This document shows, in pieces, positions 25,365-39,599 of a stretch of 64,000 nucleotides of DNA. Position numbers and translations under genes: made by a program. The DNA comes from Ylistrum balloti (Eukaryota), in contig NW_026782385.1 in the NCBI RefSeq assembly GCF_031769215.1, forward strand, positions 186,001-250,000, given 5' to 3'. Below the pieces are notes generated by a model, which saw only the letters and a list, made by a program, of their open reading frames with translations, did no database searches and was not told the origin of the DNA. The stretch's first letter is position 1. The number at the start of each line of letters is the position of its first letter.

Positions 25365-25556
25365 AAAGACCGAACTGTTTTGCGGCAATGTTTTACTTCC
25401 GTCAAATGGTAAGTTTATGCAAACATGTATATTTTTTCTTTTTCCTTCAGGGCTGGGGAACCTCCCGATGCCATCTGTCAAAAACACGTGTGTGAGTCGA
25501 CGGAAGTAAACATTGCCGCAAAACAGTTCGGTCTTTGTCGTAATATCACAAGATGA
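25345..25556. repeat. 59/58-bp inverted repeat with 95-bp spacer
   Basis: Arm 25345-25403 is the reverse complement of arm 25499-25556 except for one T indel. Confidence 0.95.
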
Positions 25557-27952
25557 TATTCCTTCTTGATCTCGTCTTATCTGGGTTCAGAATGTTTTCA
25601 TAAACTTTCGGGAATTTTAAACAGGTAGGAGAGACGTCCATATCATACAATAATAGATAGACCTATTCGATTAGATTTTTAAGAAAAAACGTGTACGGAC
25701 ATGATCACGTAAAAGTCACGGCTAATGCTTTGTTGTCTGTTTGTTTTATTTTTCAGTTATTTCTCAATCAATGTCCGTGTTTCTATAACTAATTTTTATA
25801 ACCAGTTCCGTGTCAATAACTATCGGACGAAGTGATCCTTAAGTAATGGTCGTAATGACAATTGTTGTACTGTGCAAAGTTATACAGAACATCTTGTCAT
25901 TCGAAATCTATTCCATACCCCTCTTTAATAGTAAAGTGCACACACATTTGTACATATACCTATATGAATATGCAAGGAGATACTGAGTAACTCCGATCAA
26001 ATCTTTTAAATTGACAATTCCTTATACATCACGGCTATTTATAGCGCATTGTGAACATAATAATTATTTTCTCACAATACTTACATCATCTGTGCACAAC
26101 TCACATTTGAGACGTTTGTCACACCACCCCAAAATTGCCCAGGTACCAAATGGGTTGTTATTATTATGTTTACCCGTGTCCTAGACATGGTACTTTTTAA
26201 TGATTGTTTTCTACGCCCTCAGGCAGTTGCCTTCACACCTCGACGGCAGGCTTTTTGTCCTTTCCGTCCTATCAGAGATGACGTGATAATGAATGGCCTA
26301 TTGTGAATTTACTATCAAATGGGGTGTTAAATGTGGTAATTTCCAAATTTCATTATTGCTACATTGTTCCCGGAACGCATAGATGTCTAGGGCAATGGGT
26401 AGAAACATCAAAGGGAGGGTAATTATAGTCTGTTTTATATAGGTGCTGTATTTACCTGTTACCCGTTCCAATCATTAAAGCAAACCACGACTTATCAAGC
26501 CGTACCTTTTCCTTCCCGAGCCGGCCAACATGTTAAAATAAAAACAGAGCCATTTAGATCTCAGATTCAAAATTATAAACAGTCATTTTGCCCCGGGACA
26601 TATTACAGAGGGTGTTAGCTTTTCTGTGAGCTCATTGAGCCGTGAAAGCCTTCAATTTGTTTGTTACGTGTGCCCCATTCACAGAATCTCATTTTCGTAA
26701 CAAAAATAATACTAATAGATAAAAATGACGGATCATAGAAATTACATTAGTCAGACAGGATATTATTGAGATTTCTAGTGCCACTGATTCCCAAATTACT
26801 TTCTTCGATATAGGGTGATAATTCAGTTGTGAATACCTTTGTTTTCAAAAAAATCTAAAGTGAACAGACGGTATCTGTCACAGAAGTTGGCGAGATCAAT
26901 TCAAGTATTGAAATTTCTACTACACTGTTTGTTTAGAAAAAAAATATTCGGAACTTTCGGAGAAAAGTGGCAATCAAACACAGCAGCGCTTATTAACTCT
27001 AACTTGTACAGTATTTTAATTCAATATATTCCATAATACAATAATCATACAGAAATTATCAATTTATACGTTATAAGTAGCACGTCTCGAGACAATAATA
27101 ATAATCAGATATCAAAATAGATGCAAACATGCATTTTCTAGCATTTGAAACGATCTAGAAATCGGTAGAAAGACAGTCTCAAATCCCCCCATTATATGTT
27201 TCTGATTTAACATGAAAAAAACTGATTTGCAAGACTTGCTTAAAAGAAGATTTAATTATGTTGGCGAGCTAGTACCGCATGTAGTACATTGTATATCATT
27301 ACTTTAGTCTTGAAAAAAAATGAAGACTATAGTCTGACGTTGTAACAACAAAGCAAATGTGGATTACAAAAAAAAAGTTGACTTATTGACTGCTATTTAT
27401 AAATGTAAGTCATATTCTTATCAGACATAAAATGTACGAGTTCAATTAATTCGATATTTGCTCTGTACTATGTATTTGAAACGGATAGAAGCATGGCCAC
27501 AGTAGAGGAAAAAGTCCTTCTAAAATGCTGTGGTTAATCAATTTCTAATCACTGTCCTTTTCCTTAGTGTAATGAGTTACTTTAAGATAAAGTTAACGGT
27601 AGATGTTGTAGATCCCTTCCCATCCGAATCCTTGATGAAGAATTTTCAGTTGTTAATCTTAAAATTTTAATTGCTCCAGAACTAATCAATTGTTCTGTTC
27701 AAATGTATTTTCAAATTCTGGATCATTGCAGTTTTATTCGTTTAACCAAATCCAGGGATGTAATCCATATGCCCCTGACCAAATCAGATGATTTCTTCGT
27801 TTATTGACTGTAGTAATGTGTGAAATCATATAGGACATAGAGTCAGACGATGAGAAATTAGCCCATGAAAGAAATGACTACAGTTCACACCTGTCCAGTA
27901 AACTACAGGGGTTCTCAGTTGGGGTTTTACTGGCGCGACTATCGAAATAACT

Positions 27953-30656
27953 GATCATATGTACTCATATGATAAAGCGTTTACTTTTTATTCACATGAA
28001 AATATAAATGTAATGTCATTCGTAATTCTCAGGATTCGTGTGTGAATCAATTTGGGCGTCGTCTGATTCAACTGTGTAAAGTTAATGGTTTACGAATTTT
28101 GAATGGTCGGACTTCAGGCGGTATTGACAGTAGACGTACATTTTTAATGCTTTAGGAACAAACGCTATAGACTATGTTCTTGTCCATTCAGATCATATAG
28201 ACTTTATTGAACATTGCAGAGTTGATAATTTCAATTAGTTTTCTGACCTTGCACCATTGTATCTTAGCTTGTATGCAGCTACTAGTCGTTGTAAATGTTG
28301 TGATTAACCAGATAACTGTTGTACAATAAAATCTGTCAATTGGACAGACGATGCTAGAATGAATCCTGCTGAATGTTTAAATGAAAACACATAATTAATT
28401 GCTAGCTCAGTATACGGGTTAGAAAATACCGAAGTTAGTATTGATTCTTGTCTTGAAGTGTTTCTAAATAATATCCATTATGACTGTGATAGGTTTTGTT
28501 CCAAAGATAAAGTCGTAAGCCATGATTCGACCATGAATGTAAGCGTCTTCATAAATTGTATAGGAATGCTTTGTTTATCTTTCTCCAGGCAATAGGGAAT
28601 TCTTAGTTCGCCAAAAGAAAATAAACAAGATGTATGTAGCAAGAGTGAAACGTAAATATCTCCAGATGGAAGGTGACATGTTAAGCATTTTAAAGAGGAA
28701 TGACCCAAAATCATTTTATAAACATTTCCGAGGCCTAAGACTCGGGACGTGGGGAATTTACTTCTAGAGCAGTTTTACAATTACTTTAGAGCGCTTTCTG
28801 ATATAGATGTTTAATACTCTGGAAAAACTGACCAACAGGTGACAGATAATGAATGTGTTTACCCTGGGTTAGTGTTTTTAGTCTTGATAAGCTGAAAATT
28901 TCAATTAAGGGATTATCAAGTGGTAAGTCACCAGGGCTTGACAGGATACTTAATGAGTTTTTTTTAATTAATTATAGGGACGTGTTTGTACTGATTCTAT
29001 TAAAGTTGTTTAATACCATATCACATGTAAGTTATTTTTCTAAAGCGTGGTCGCAAGGTGCTATCATACCACTACATAACAAGGGAGATAAAAATAAGGT
29101 TAATAACTAATAACTAAGTTATTTACGTCTCTTTTGAATAAATGTTTGCTTAAATGGAGTGAGAGCGAACATGTTATGTCGAATGCTCAGTTTGGCTTTA
29201 AACTAGGTAGTGGTACTAGAGATGCAATGTTCGTTCTTAATTACAAAATCCTTACAAAGTAACAAAAAGCTTTACCGTGTATTTGTTGATTGCAAGTAAG
29301 TGTTCATTAGCATTTCACATAATAAGTTATGGTTAAAGTTGTGGAAATCTGCGGCCAGGGGAAGTTTGCTGAATGTGATAAAATCTATATGTGAATATGT
29401 TAAATCGTGCGTGAAGTTGCATGGTAAATTGTCTCCAATATAGGACTTGCAAGTCGGTTTATTACAAGGTGAATCTTTATTACCGATTATGTTTTCCTTG
29501 TTTGTTAATGACATGGAATAAGAACTTCTTGTATCCAGTTGTCAAAGCTATCATATACAATTCCATAATTTGTTTTTAATCATGTATGCAGATAATACTG
29601 TGCTATTTTCTGAAGACATTGTGGAGCTCCAAAATATTGTTTTTTTTTTAATTATTCGGATCATTGGAACTTGACAGCGAATGTCGATAAGACCAAGATA
29701 GTAGTATTTAGAAAACGTAAACGATTAATACCAAATGAACGGTGGTATTTTGATCGAAAATATATAGAAATTGTAGATAAATTTTGTTATTTAGGATTGG
29801 TATACTATTATAACGATAAATTTACAACAGCACATAAAAACATAGCTGCACAAGGGAGAAAGGCGTATTATCCTCTCAGTCGTAGAATAAACAAGCTTGT
29901 TTTGAATGCAAAAACAAAGTTATCATTATTTGATACTTACGTATCATGTATTTTGAATTATGGTTGCGAGGTCTAGGGCTTTGATATAGCACCACAGATT
30001 GAAAAAGGTACATTTGTCGTTTTTTAAATCTCTTTTGGGCGTGACGAAAACTGTTAATAATGCTATGGTGTATTTTGAGCTATGTCGCTTTCCTTATTAT
30101 GTTCCGCGAAAGGTTACTATTGTTAAGTATTGGTTACAACTTTTGAAGACAGATAATGGTATATTAAGAGCTTGTTATGAATTAGTTGATCTTGATACCA
30201 AGAAGCCTAATTGTAAGTCAAATTGGATTTTTCATTTGAAACAAGATTTATATCGATTTGGTTTTGGTGATGTATTGTTGGCACAATGTGTTTCCAATGA
30301 AATGTATTTCTTATTGATATATAAACAACGTATACAGAATATATTTGTTCAAGACTTAGGAAGTAGATTTGAAAGCTCCTCAAAGTGTACATCGTATAAA
30401 CATATAATTGATCGGCTTGTTACACAATCGTGCCTCAACAAACCACTAACTATGAAAATAAAAATGATACTGTCTAAGTATAGGCTGAGCTCACATGTGT
30501 TGAATGTTGAAACGGGTAGATACCATGGTGTTAATATTTTACTTATGAATTTTGTGTCTTAATCTTATTGGTTATGGCTAAATATTATTATTTGTATGTA
30601 TATCGTCAACCTTATATGCTGTTGCATACAGAATGAGATAAAATTGAAATTGAAAT
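27953..30656 (+). mobile_element. 5'-truncated, decayed non-LTR retrotransposon (CR1/L2-group-like), APE end plus RT
   Basis: FGRRLIQLCKVNGLRILNGR, KSPGLD, QFGFK, GLLQGESL, MYADN and YRLSSHVLNVETGR across broken frames. 3' (ATTGAA)n tail. Candidate 9-bp TSD GAAATAACT at 27944-27952 and 30652-30660. Confidence 0.88.
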
Positions 30657-33600
30657 AACTATGGCTTTACGGGTCTCCGAGTAAAATGGTGCCTACTAAG
30701 TTTGATAAAATCACTCATCCATGACTGGCCCCATTCTACTTGTGGGCTCTCGTGCCATGATATTCCGTAGAAATTGCTGCATATGTAAGGTCAACGTTAT
30801 GTTTGGTAATCTGTAGTCATACCTACAAACAGTGACGTCTGGATTTGAGGATTTTAAAATGGCTTTTACTACGAACAAAGATATGGTTTACGAATTGTTG
30901 AATAAAACATTCCCATTTAGTGAAGCATTGTCAATATTTTATTGTCAAGCTTTTAGAGTCGTTTCTATCATACTTTAATGTCGAGATCATATCAACCATA
31001 GCTGCCTGGCATGTACATTTATCGCGTCCCTGAGTGATGAAATAATCGAATATGATCAATACGACAGACAGTTTATAGATCCACCAACTGTCAAACACAG
31101 GTGGGAATTCGGGACGGCTATATTCATATATGTATGTCCTACTCCAGTCAACATCGCCTCATGCCTTGGTCGTTCATATGATCTAGATTTGATCACATGT
31201 TATCATCCATCATTTATTCATTTATATATAAAAAGAAACCTACTATTTCATACACATAAATCCAGCAACAGATATTCAAATGCAGAATCATTTTTGACCT
31301 TGATGATGACAGTTTATTTTTGTGAAAACATCTTAAATATTTTTCAAAGATACAAAATATATGCGGAAACACACATAATAAGGCCCAACTCATTCGTTCG
31401 TTCGTTCGAGCGTTCGTTCGTTCATTCATTTATATTCAAACTTCCATTCCATACACGTACAGTACAGTTGACTTGGCTCTCAAACCCTGCGAGAGAGTTC
31501 GATTTGCTGACCTGTCGATCGTAGCCGATGCGGGATCGCAAGGTGGATCGCGGCGGTATCGCAGGATAAATTGGTAGATCCAGCCGCCGCGACATCGCGT
31601 TGAAGTCGGGCCACAGGGATGTACTTATTGTATACGGTTCAGAGATACGTGCATCAGTGAATAGGGAAATCGCCAAGGTGACGGGTGACTGGAATTATTT
31701 TTTAATATTAACGGCTACTGTCACGCGATTACGATGTTATCTCGCTGTATATGTATATTGTACATTTACAAGTCAAATATTTGCGACTTCAGCATCAAAC
31801 CGATCTTCTGTTAAGTTTCTGTTTAGTCAAGTGAGAAATTGTGTGACATACAATGCATGAAATGTATGAAATCAACATAAAAGATCACACTTTCCTCGGT
31901 TGCACCATTGTTCTCAAATTAACATATACATGATATAACTGGATTTATCAGCATACCGAGTTGTTCAAAGATGTCGATTGTTCCGATTCTGCATCTGGGT
32001 ATTCAGGTAGGCGTTACTAAGGGTAGAACATAATTAGAATCATAGACTTAAAATATAATTATCAAAATTAATATTCTGCAATTCAGTGTAAGTCTTTCGA
32101 ATAATCCCGATCACTGAGCAAGTAACAATGTCACTATATTGAAGTATCGAAAGCTTCAACTGTCAAAGTGACATTCAAACTAGGTTCATTGTTATCACAG
32201 ACTACGATTACATTTAACGTGTCCATGCGCTTTCAATTTCCGATGGGGCGTGAACCTGGAGTAAATTAAGTATAAGTATATGCGTGCAGCTGCAAACGGT
32301 TACAAATTTAATGCGGGAAGAAATATAACTCATTATTGTAATCGCTTCAATTGTCAAGATGTTTGTTTACCTACATGTGTTGTGAACTGCATTTTGAATA
32401 TAATTAACAAATTTTCTACAGTTCTTATTTCAGTTTTATACAAATCATCTGATCCTTTCTTGCTATACCGTCATAAAATTCAAACTTTAGATATTATGTA
32501 TTACGATCTTCGCCTTTTTTCAATGGTATATTTATATACTGTATCAGTTCATTTGCTGTGATTTACATCTGTAGGTAGGAAAGAATAATTTCCCGCCAAG
32601 TTGTGAAATCTACATTCAATAATTGCATTGAGCTTCGTAGAAAATATATTTTGAAAAATGTGCCGGTCGTCACCTAACGCCCCTGTATTTTCTCTGTTAT
32701 GTAATTACCACAGGAGTAAACATTTTGTATATGTATGTTACCTATATCATAAGACCTATCAAATATATAAACCGACGTGTTGTACGAGTACAAATTATAC
32801 ACCTACCCCAGGAAAGAACAGGTATACAAACAAAAATGCGAAAATGTCCGCCTTAACGCTAGGAAAATGGCGGAAGGCCGAAGGGAACACTATTCTTATT
32901 TTGTCTTCACATATTTCAATTGAAGATATTTAGATAAACACTTTTCTTAGTGATTGTCAAAAATATGTGAGTCGTTACAGGCATGAAATGGATTTCAAAA
33001 TAGAATATTTTATTCTTCTGTTATTTGTGGTAATACCAAAATTGTCACAATTATGTTGTGAATGATGAATATGCTTATGGGTGTTAAACATCTTGTTTGA
33101 AAAAATGCAAAACACAATTAAAAACTGAAATATGGAACTATGACACCCAACACTGATTATTGTTGCCAAAATTGGAAAAAAACAGAGTTAGTTTCATGAA
33201 CTTTATGCCATTCAGATACAAGACAGTGAAAAATATCTGAGTCAGCGATTGATTACATGTAATTTTTACCCTTATCAAAATGATTCTGAAGTAAGAACCA
33301 AAACATCAATATCAGACACGTGTATAACACAGAGCGTGTTACGTCTCTGTCAATATCTATCTTACATCTTTTGATATACACATTACGAGTCAACACATAC
33401 ATACCTCATGTCAGGTAGAATGTATTCAGAATAATAAAAATAGTAATTGCTAAAATATGTAGATTACAGGTGCATGTCTAGACAAAACATGTAAAAATAT
33501 GTCTGAGTTTAATATTTTTAATATCAACGATGGGGTTATTATGGAGAATGTGAAAACCGAACTGATTGGTATGTTTAAATTATGTTTTCCTATTCAGCAC

Positions 33601-36539
33601 TTACAGCCTTTGATCATCCTAAGGTCAGGTGTTTGGACTAGAACATATCTCATTTCTTACGAGTAAAGTGTCGTCTTATATTTTAAAGGAATTTTAATAG
33701 CCTGTCCAAATGATTGATATCAACACTATAGATAAAGACATGTTCACAATTAATGTCCTTGTACCTTAAATTCTCCTTAGGTCATCCTCGATTCTTTACA
33801 ATTCTGTGGGTCGACGGACGCCCATTTCTTCAGTTGTCACGTGGGCCAGTTCTTATTCCTCGTAAGGATTATTGATAGGAGATATGAAATAATAAAACAT
33901 TTATCAATTAGTCACAAATCAAGTAACACAGGAAATACATTTGAATTTATATTTATTTGGTTTGGCAAGTTATTGTCGTGATATACAAAATAATTTGGAG
34001 TGACCAGTGGGAACACTGAATCATCCAAAAACTTTATAGCAAACTTGAAAATTGAGGTGTGTCAATTTACCTCTGAGCTGAGCTAGAAAAAGGTGATCGC
34101 GAATTTATGCCACATGCTAGGCATACACAGCCAGACATAAAACAGTCTCTGACACAATTTCCACCAAACTGTCCTAAGGAATCAGCTAAAGACCAATACC
34201 AAGACGATCAGTGTTCAAAACAGCAACTGTAATTAGAAATAAAACTGGCGCCAGAAAAGTACCTGCATTGGGAAGGGAGGGTGGGTAACTTGACATTTTG
34301 CCACCTCGAATTCTTTTCCCACCTTCTTTCTAATTAACGGAAGGCGGACCGCAATGTCCGGATTAGCCTTTTTACCTACGGGTTATAAAACCTGCAAAAC
34401 CATAAGAGACTTGAATTTTTGACATTAAGATAGATTGTTTGAAAACTTAGTAAAATTATAAATGAGATATTTTCTTTTATGTTGCATATCAATCATCAAT
34501 GCTTTAAGATATTATATATAAATATGTATGTATATGCTTTTTACATACAAGATAAACTGATTGATTGTAGACACTAGATATAAACGAAAGTAACAAATAA
34601 ATCGCAAATCAAACCAAGTCATTTTTTACCGCTTCGGGGGAATGATCAGGCAAGTGTTTCACAATAAAACTTAAAATCCAGAGATAGTTTACCAAAATTT
34701 ATCTAAAGTTTCATTTCCTCTTTTACCAAAGTTGTCGGTTACAGTAATTTAACATTTCCTTAACTCCTTTACTCAAGTGATTTTACTATGCTTAAAATCG
34801 CTTGATTTTATATACTTCTGGTGGTGAGGTTAACGTCGATCAAGCAAATGATCGGTCATTAGTGTACAAACATAGCGTCTCCACATAAACTTATGTAAGA
34901 ACGGCTGTTGCGTTTCAATCTACATGATTGTACATTTAAGTGTGTGATCATTCATGTTCTCATGACTTGCACCTATGTATAATGTACCTGGTTAATGTGA
35001 TGCATTTCGTGGCAGTCTCTCTATGACGCGCTCTTACAAACTCAGTTTGTTTATGGCATACTGATATACAGATACCAGTTACGTAAATGCTCCGTTAGCG
35101 GGTGAAATAGATAAAACAACAATTTTAGAGCGATACCTTAGTGTGTCAATGTACATATTCATCGGGATGACTAATAGGAAAACCACTTGAGTGAAAGAGT
35201 AAAGGAAACTTTAAATCCCTGTAAACATCGTTTTTCAGTTGTCGTAGTCGTCGTCGCTATTGTAAAATAATCTTGATGCAGTCTGAATTTGATGAAACTG
35301 AATCTAGATATAAACAAAAGACAAATTTACACGGTGAGATATGAGAAGATACATAGGGGAATAAGGTCAAGTGTTTCGGAAGGGTAAATATATTCTGCTT
35401 CATCGACGACATCCGCCATGCAAATAAAGAAACCCGAATGAGAACATGGTTAATAGTAACGAACCCACCAGCCAAATTAAAGAGCATCAAAAACACGCCA
35501 AGTTTCACATCGCACAAGGAAACATATTATTTCCCTCAGTGACAATTACAACGACCATAAAACTTCTCCATACTTTTCATAAACCTTTTTTGAGAGTTTG
35601 TCAGTTGCGGACAATTGCACGATAGTTTTGACATTGGGAACAAACCCTTCAATATTTAATACACTGGGACATGTAATCAATAGATTGAAAATGCTGTTAT
35701 GCTTCTATCCAAAAGTGAAAAGATCGCAAATAGGAAATTAACAACATAACGCTATTCATTACACTAGTAGAAAGCTGTCGCTTTTGGTTTCGTTATAGAA
35801 AACGGTCAATGTAAACAGCCACTTGATAAGAGTTTTTCGTGGACTTGATTTTCATTTGTTGTAGGTGTTTACGATGGACATGGTCAATAACGGGAAACAA
35901 GACCTCATCAATATATCTAAAAGTGAAAATGAAGCTCTTCAAAGGGTCTTTGTGACCTACTTTTTATATGCTCTTCTGTAAATTCAGCCCTGTATGAAGA
36001 TAAAAAAGGTAAGGAAACAGAGAGACACAGTTAGAAAGGTATGCCAATAGGCTATTTGAGGTTCTTACATCATTTTCATGATTTTGTCCTCTGTGTCTTT
36101 TCAAGCTTGAGTAAACTTCACTATATATAAGTGTAATTAGTGTTTTTCAATTCTTAGTTTCCTTAAGTTATCCGTCAAAATTAAGAATATTATCAACATA
36201 AAAAACTTAAGATATACACTTCTGAAAGCCAACAATGAAATTTTGACTACTTTTCTTCCATGGTTATTTTGATGATTGTTATATATTTGCTTTAGTTAAC
36301 AATGATCAGAAAAAAACATGTTGCAATGGCTATGCTTTATTAGCGTTAGATTCATTTGAAAATTAGATTCATCGCCAATTTCATTATATCAGTCCATGAA
36401 AAATCACCCTAACGTAAATCGTTGTATTGTGTGTGATGTGTGTGGAGGGAAAAACTGTAGTATGTGGTGACTGATCCTGTTTAACATGGATGGATATACC
36501 AAATATTGGATGCTGACGTGCAATTAACTATTAATTATC

Positions 36540-37965
36540 AGTTATTTTAGAGGCTCTTTTATTGAATATCTTAGGTGAAACTATATCCATTTCTTAATAA
36601 AAAGTAGAACGAGGGATATTGAATAAAAAAAATATATACACAGATGTTAGATAGTATAGATACGCTGACGATGCTTTTTCAGGATAGAGGGACCTCAATG
36701 TTAAAAAAGCTAAACAGCTCTTCAAGTATCACATGACTTAAGGTAAACATTGATTACAGGGATAGGTCTAAAAATATAGCCATGATATATATATGTCAGA
36801 ACTCAATCTGCAATGGGACGGGAAATGTTCGATCTTCTTGGGTAGAATTTGATATTAACCTACATGTTATGTCCAAAATTGATTATGACAAGAAGATAAC
36901 AAAATTAAAAGCACTTGGAAAAGAAATCCAAAGGGAAAAATACATATAATCAAGTCTCTTTTGATTTCACAATTCAATCACCTTTTTACAGCACAACCAA
37001 ACCAAGATGAAAAAACATTTAACAAGATCAATTCAAATTTATCAAAATTTTTGTTGAATAGTTATGTTGACAAAATAAAAAAAGAAACCCTTCTCCAAAA
37101 CTATTTAAGTGGTGGTTTAAAATAGATAATGTAAGGTCGTTTGCAGATTCATTGAAATTGAGTTGGATATGAAGACTTTATCACACACCAGGTACATGGT
37201 TCTAGATATCAAATACCTAAATAAATACTGATGTTCTACTCAATATTGGAAATGAGTATATAAAAAAACTGCCAAAGGGCTTGCAATGATAAATTTTGAA
37301 AATATGGCTTTGAAGTGTGGTATGAATTATAGATCTGTAAAGAAATGTAGATGGAAAGGAAGAAGTTGATGTTGGAAATACTTACTACATTTAATAAGAA
37401 TATCACCATTTATGAAGAACATGTTTTTACAAGCAATTGTATAGAAAAGGAAAAACAATTATAGCTGACTTGTTAGAGACTGATAGTAGTGAATCTGGTC
37501 TGAGTTTTGAAGATGTTTTACAGATATATAATGTGACAGCCAAATGTCTTAAAGATTAAGGCATAATATCTTAATTAAAACCTTATCAAATAAATAGCAT
37601 TTAGAGAACAATGTGATGCGACCAATTATATCATTTTACATTAAGATTTTCTGGTAAAGTTCAAATGGACAAGGATTTTTATAATACTTTAAAGAACACA
37701 TGAACGTAGCAAACCGGTAAAACAAAATAGAGGGAAACAGTTTTAACTAACCAACACAAACTGAAAAAAAATCTCTTTAAAAAGACCATTGCAGGTAATG
37801 AAAAATAAATTAAGCTTCAGTGACACCAGTTTATGATTTCTCACCGCATTCTTACAACAAATTACAGACTTTTAAAGGCAACATTAGTCATAAGTCTGTA
37901 CATCAATCTCTGCAATTCTGAACAATAAGTAATCCCTCATTTCTTTGGGAATGTCAGGAGGTTAA
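36540..37965 (+). mobile_element. Decayed L1/Tx1-like LINE ORF2 3' half
   Basis: YADD at 36661-36672; IIKSLLISQFNHL, LQNYLSGGL, SLKLSWI and HRILTTN-like motifs, and a C-terminal Cys/His-like remnant; many stops and frameshifts. Confidence 0.75.
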
Positions 37966-38128
37966 AAAATAGCTACAATGATAGAAACACTTATAAATGA
38001 AGTGGTTGTGCCGTTTGTGTTTTGTCCAGAATTAAAAGTTACAATGGCCCTAGTGTCAAGGCGGAAGGGGAGGTGGCGAGTGTGAATGATGCGCTTGTAA
38101 GCAATGACGAATTCTTTGCTAACTGCAA

Positions 38129-38140
38129 ATGATGATGATA

Positions 38141-38178
<38 letters not shown>

Positions 38179-38431
38179 TTGATCAATTGATTCTAAGGAT
38201 AATTTGAAACGATTAATTCCAATTTACGATTAAAGTGATGATTAATGATTATAATGAGGATGATTAATTGTAACGGTGATAATCGTGATGATGATTTTGC
38301 TGATGATGGTTGATTATTGTGGGAACATTTGATTATAATGATAACTGATTGTGATGATTGGCATTGACAATGAAGAGGGCGACGACGACGACGATGAAGA
38401 TGATGATGGAAATGGATGAAAAGTGAAACTT

Positions 38432-38475
<44 letters not shown>
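38129..38475. repeat. (GAT)n microsatellite with degenerate GAT-rich tail, then (GT)n at 38434-38475
   Basis: Read directly. Confidence 0.93.
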
Positions 38476-38478
<3 letters not shown>

Positions 38479-39599
38479 TGGATATATGCATTGTTACTGT
38501 CATGTTTTAAAATGATGTAAAAATATGAAAAATAGAATAATTACAAGTACAAAGTCCGAACAGAAAAAAAATATCTTTAGAATAGAGGACAGATAACATG
38601 ATAGTGCAAAGAGATAGGCTAGCCAGCTGGTGACGAACGGCGTTGGTGGAGATGTGCAGGAGATTATGGATCACAAAGTATGTGTATAACTCATGGAGTT
38701 GAAGCATGGACAGAACGTCCTGATTCCGATTCATCTATAGTTTTAAGTACCAGGTGTTGTATTGTGTGACATGTGGCTTTCGATTTTCATGTCACCAAAA
38801 ACACACAATAATGCATTCTGGCGTACCAGTGTAGCCCTTGTAATTGTTAATGTTTCTGTTGTGTCTGTCTATTGTTGAACTGCCATAAGATTGTAATGAT
38901 TATTTTGCGCTATTAACACCCGAAGGGAATGATAATGAAGAGTTGTAATGAAACAGCTTGTCAGCTGCAGTATATGTCATATATATTTAAACCGACGAGG
39001 TATACATCTACAAGAAATTCGGCCATAATATGATTAATGATGTATAAACAAATCTTAATTGAATTGAATGTTTTTGTCGTTTTCAGTGAGGTTGATATAA
39101 ATCAACAATCACTTTTAAAATTTTTTAACATGAAAATTATTAATGAATAACTTAGTAATCAATTCATTTCATATATCAGCAAAATGTGTTTCTAAATGAT
39201 GGGTGAATATATTCTGCAGATATATAGCATTTATCAGAAACCATTCAAACAGATTACAGTGATCTGAGAAAAGTGTGCACCTTCGTGTCTCATTTTTCAA
39301 TATTTAGAAGCATACCTATATCTTATAATAATGTGTAAAGTCTTTTTACTGGCATTTAAAAATTACTATACGGAGAATATTTTTCCAGACAAATTGGAAT
39401 TCCACTGCCATTAAAGATTTCCTTTACTAGTCACTATTCGACTAGGCATAGTGATGACATTCATGTGTCAAGAGAACTAGCTAACTTTAACGTCAGTTTA
39501 TTGTCTCCTTTTGTGGTCAATGCTTTAATAAATCTTTGTCCATTGTCCATTCTTCATTAAATCTGAGTCTGAGACGAGAGCTCCTCCAAGTTTAAGTCC

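Noticed and set aside
34060-34250. Exon-like segment (minus-strand splice signals; plus-strand 50-codon frame followed by AATAAA)
   Set aside because: All minus-strand frames contain stops, and the plus-strand frame lacks a credible acceptor.
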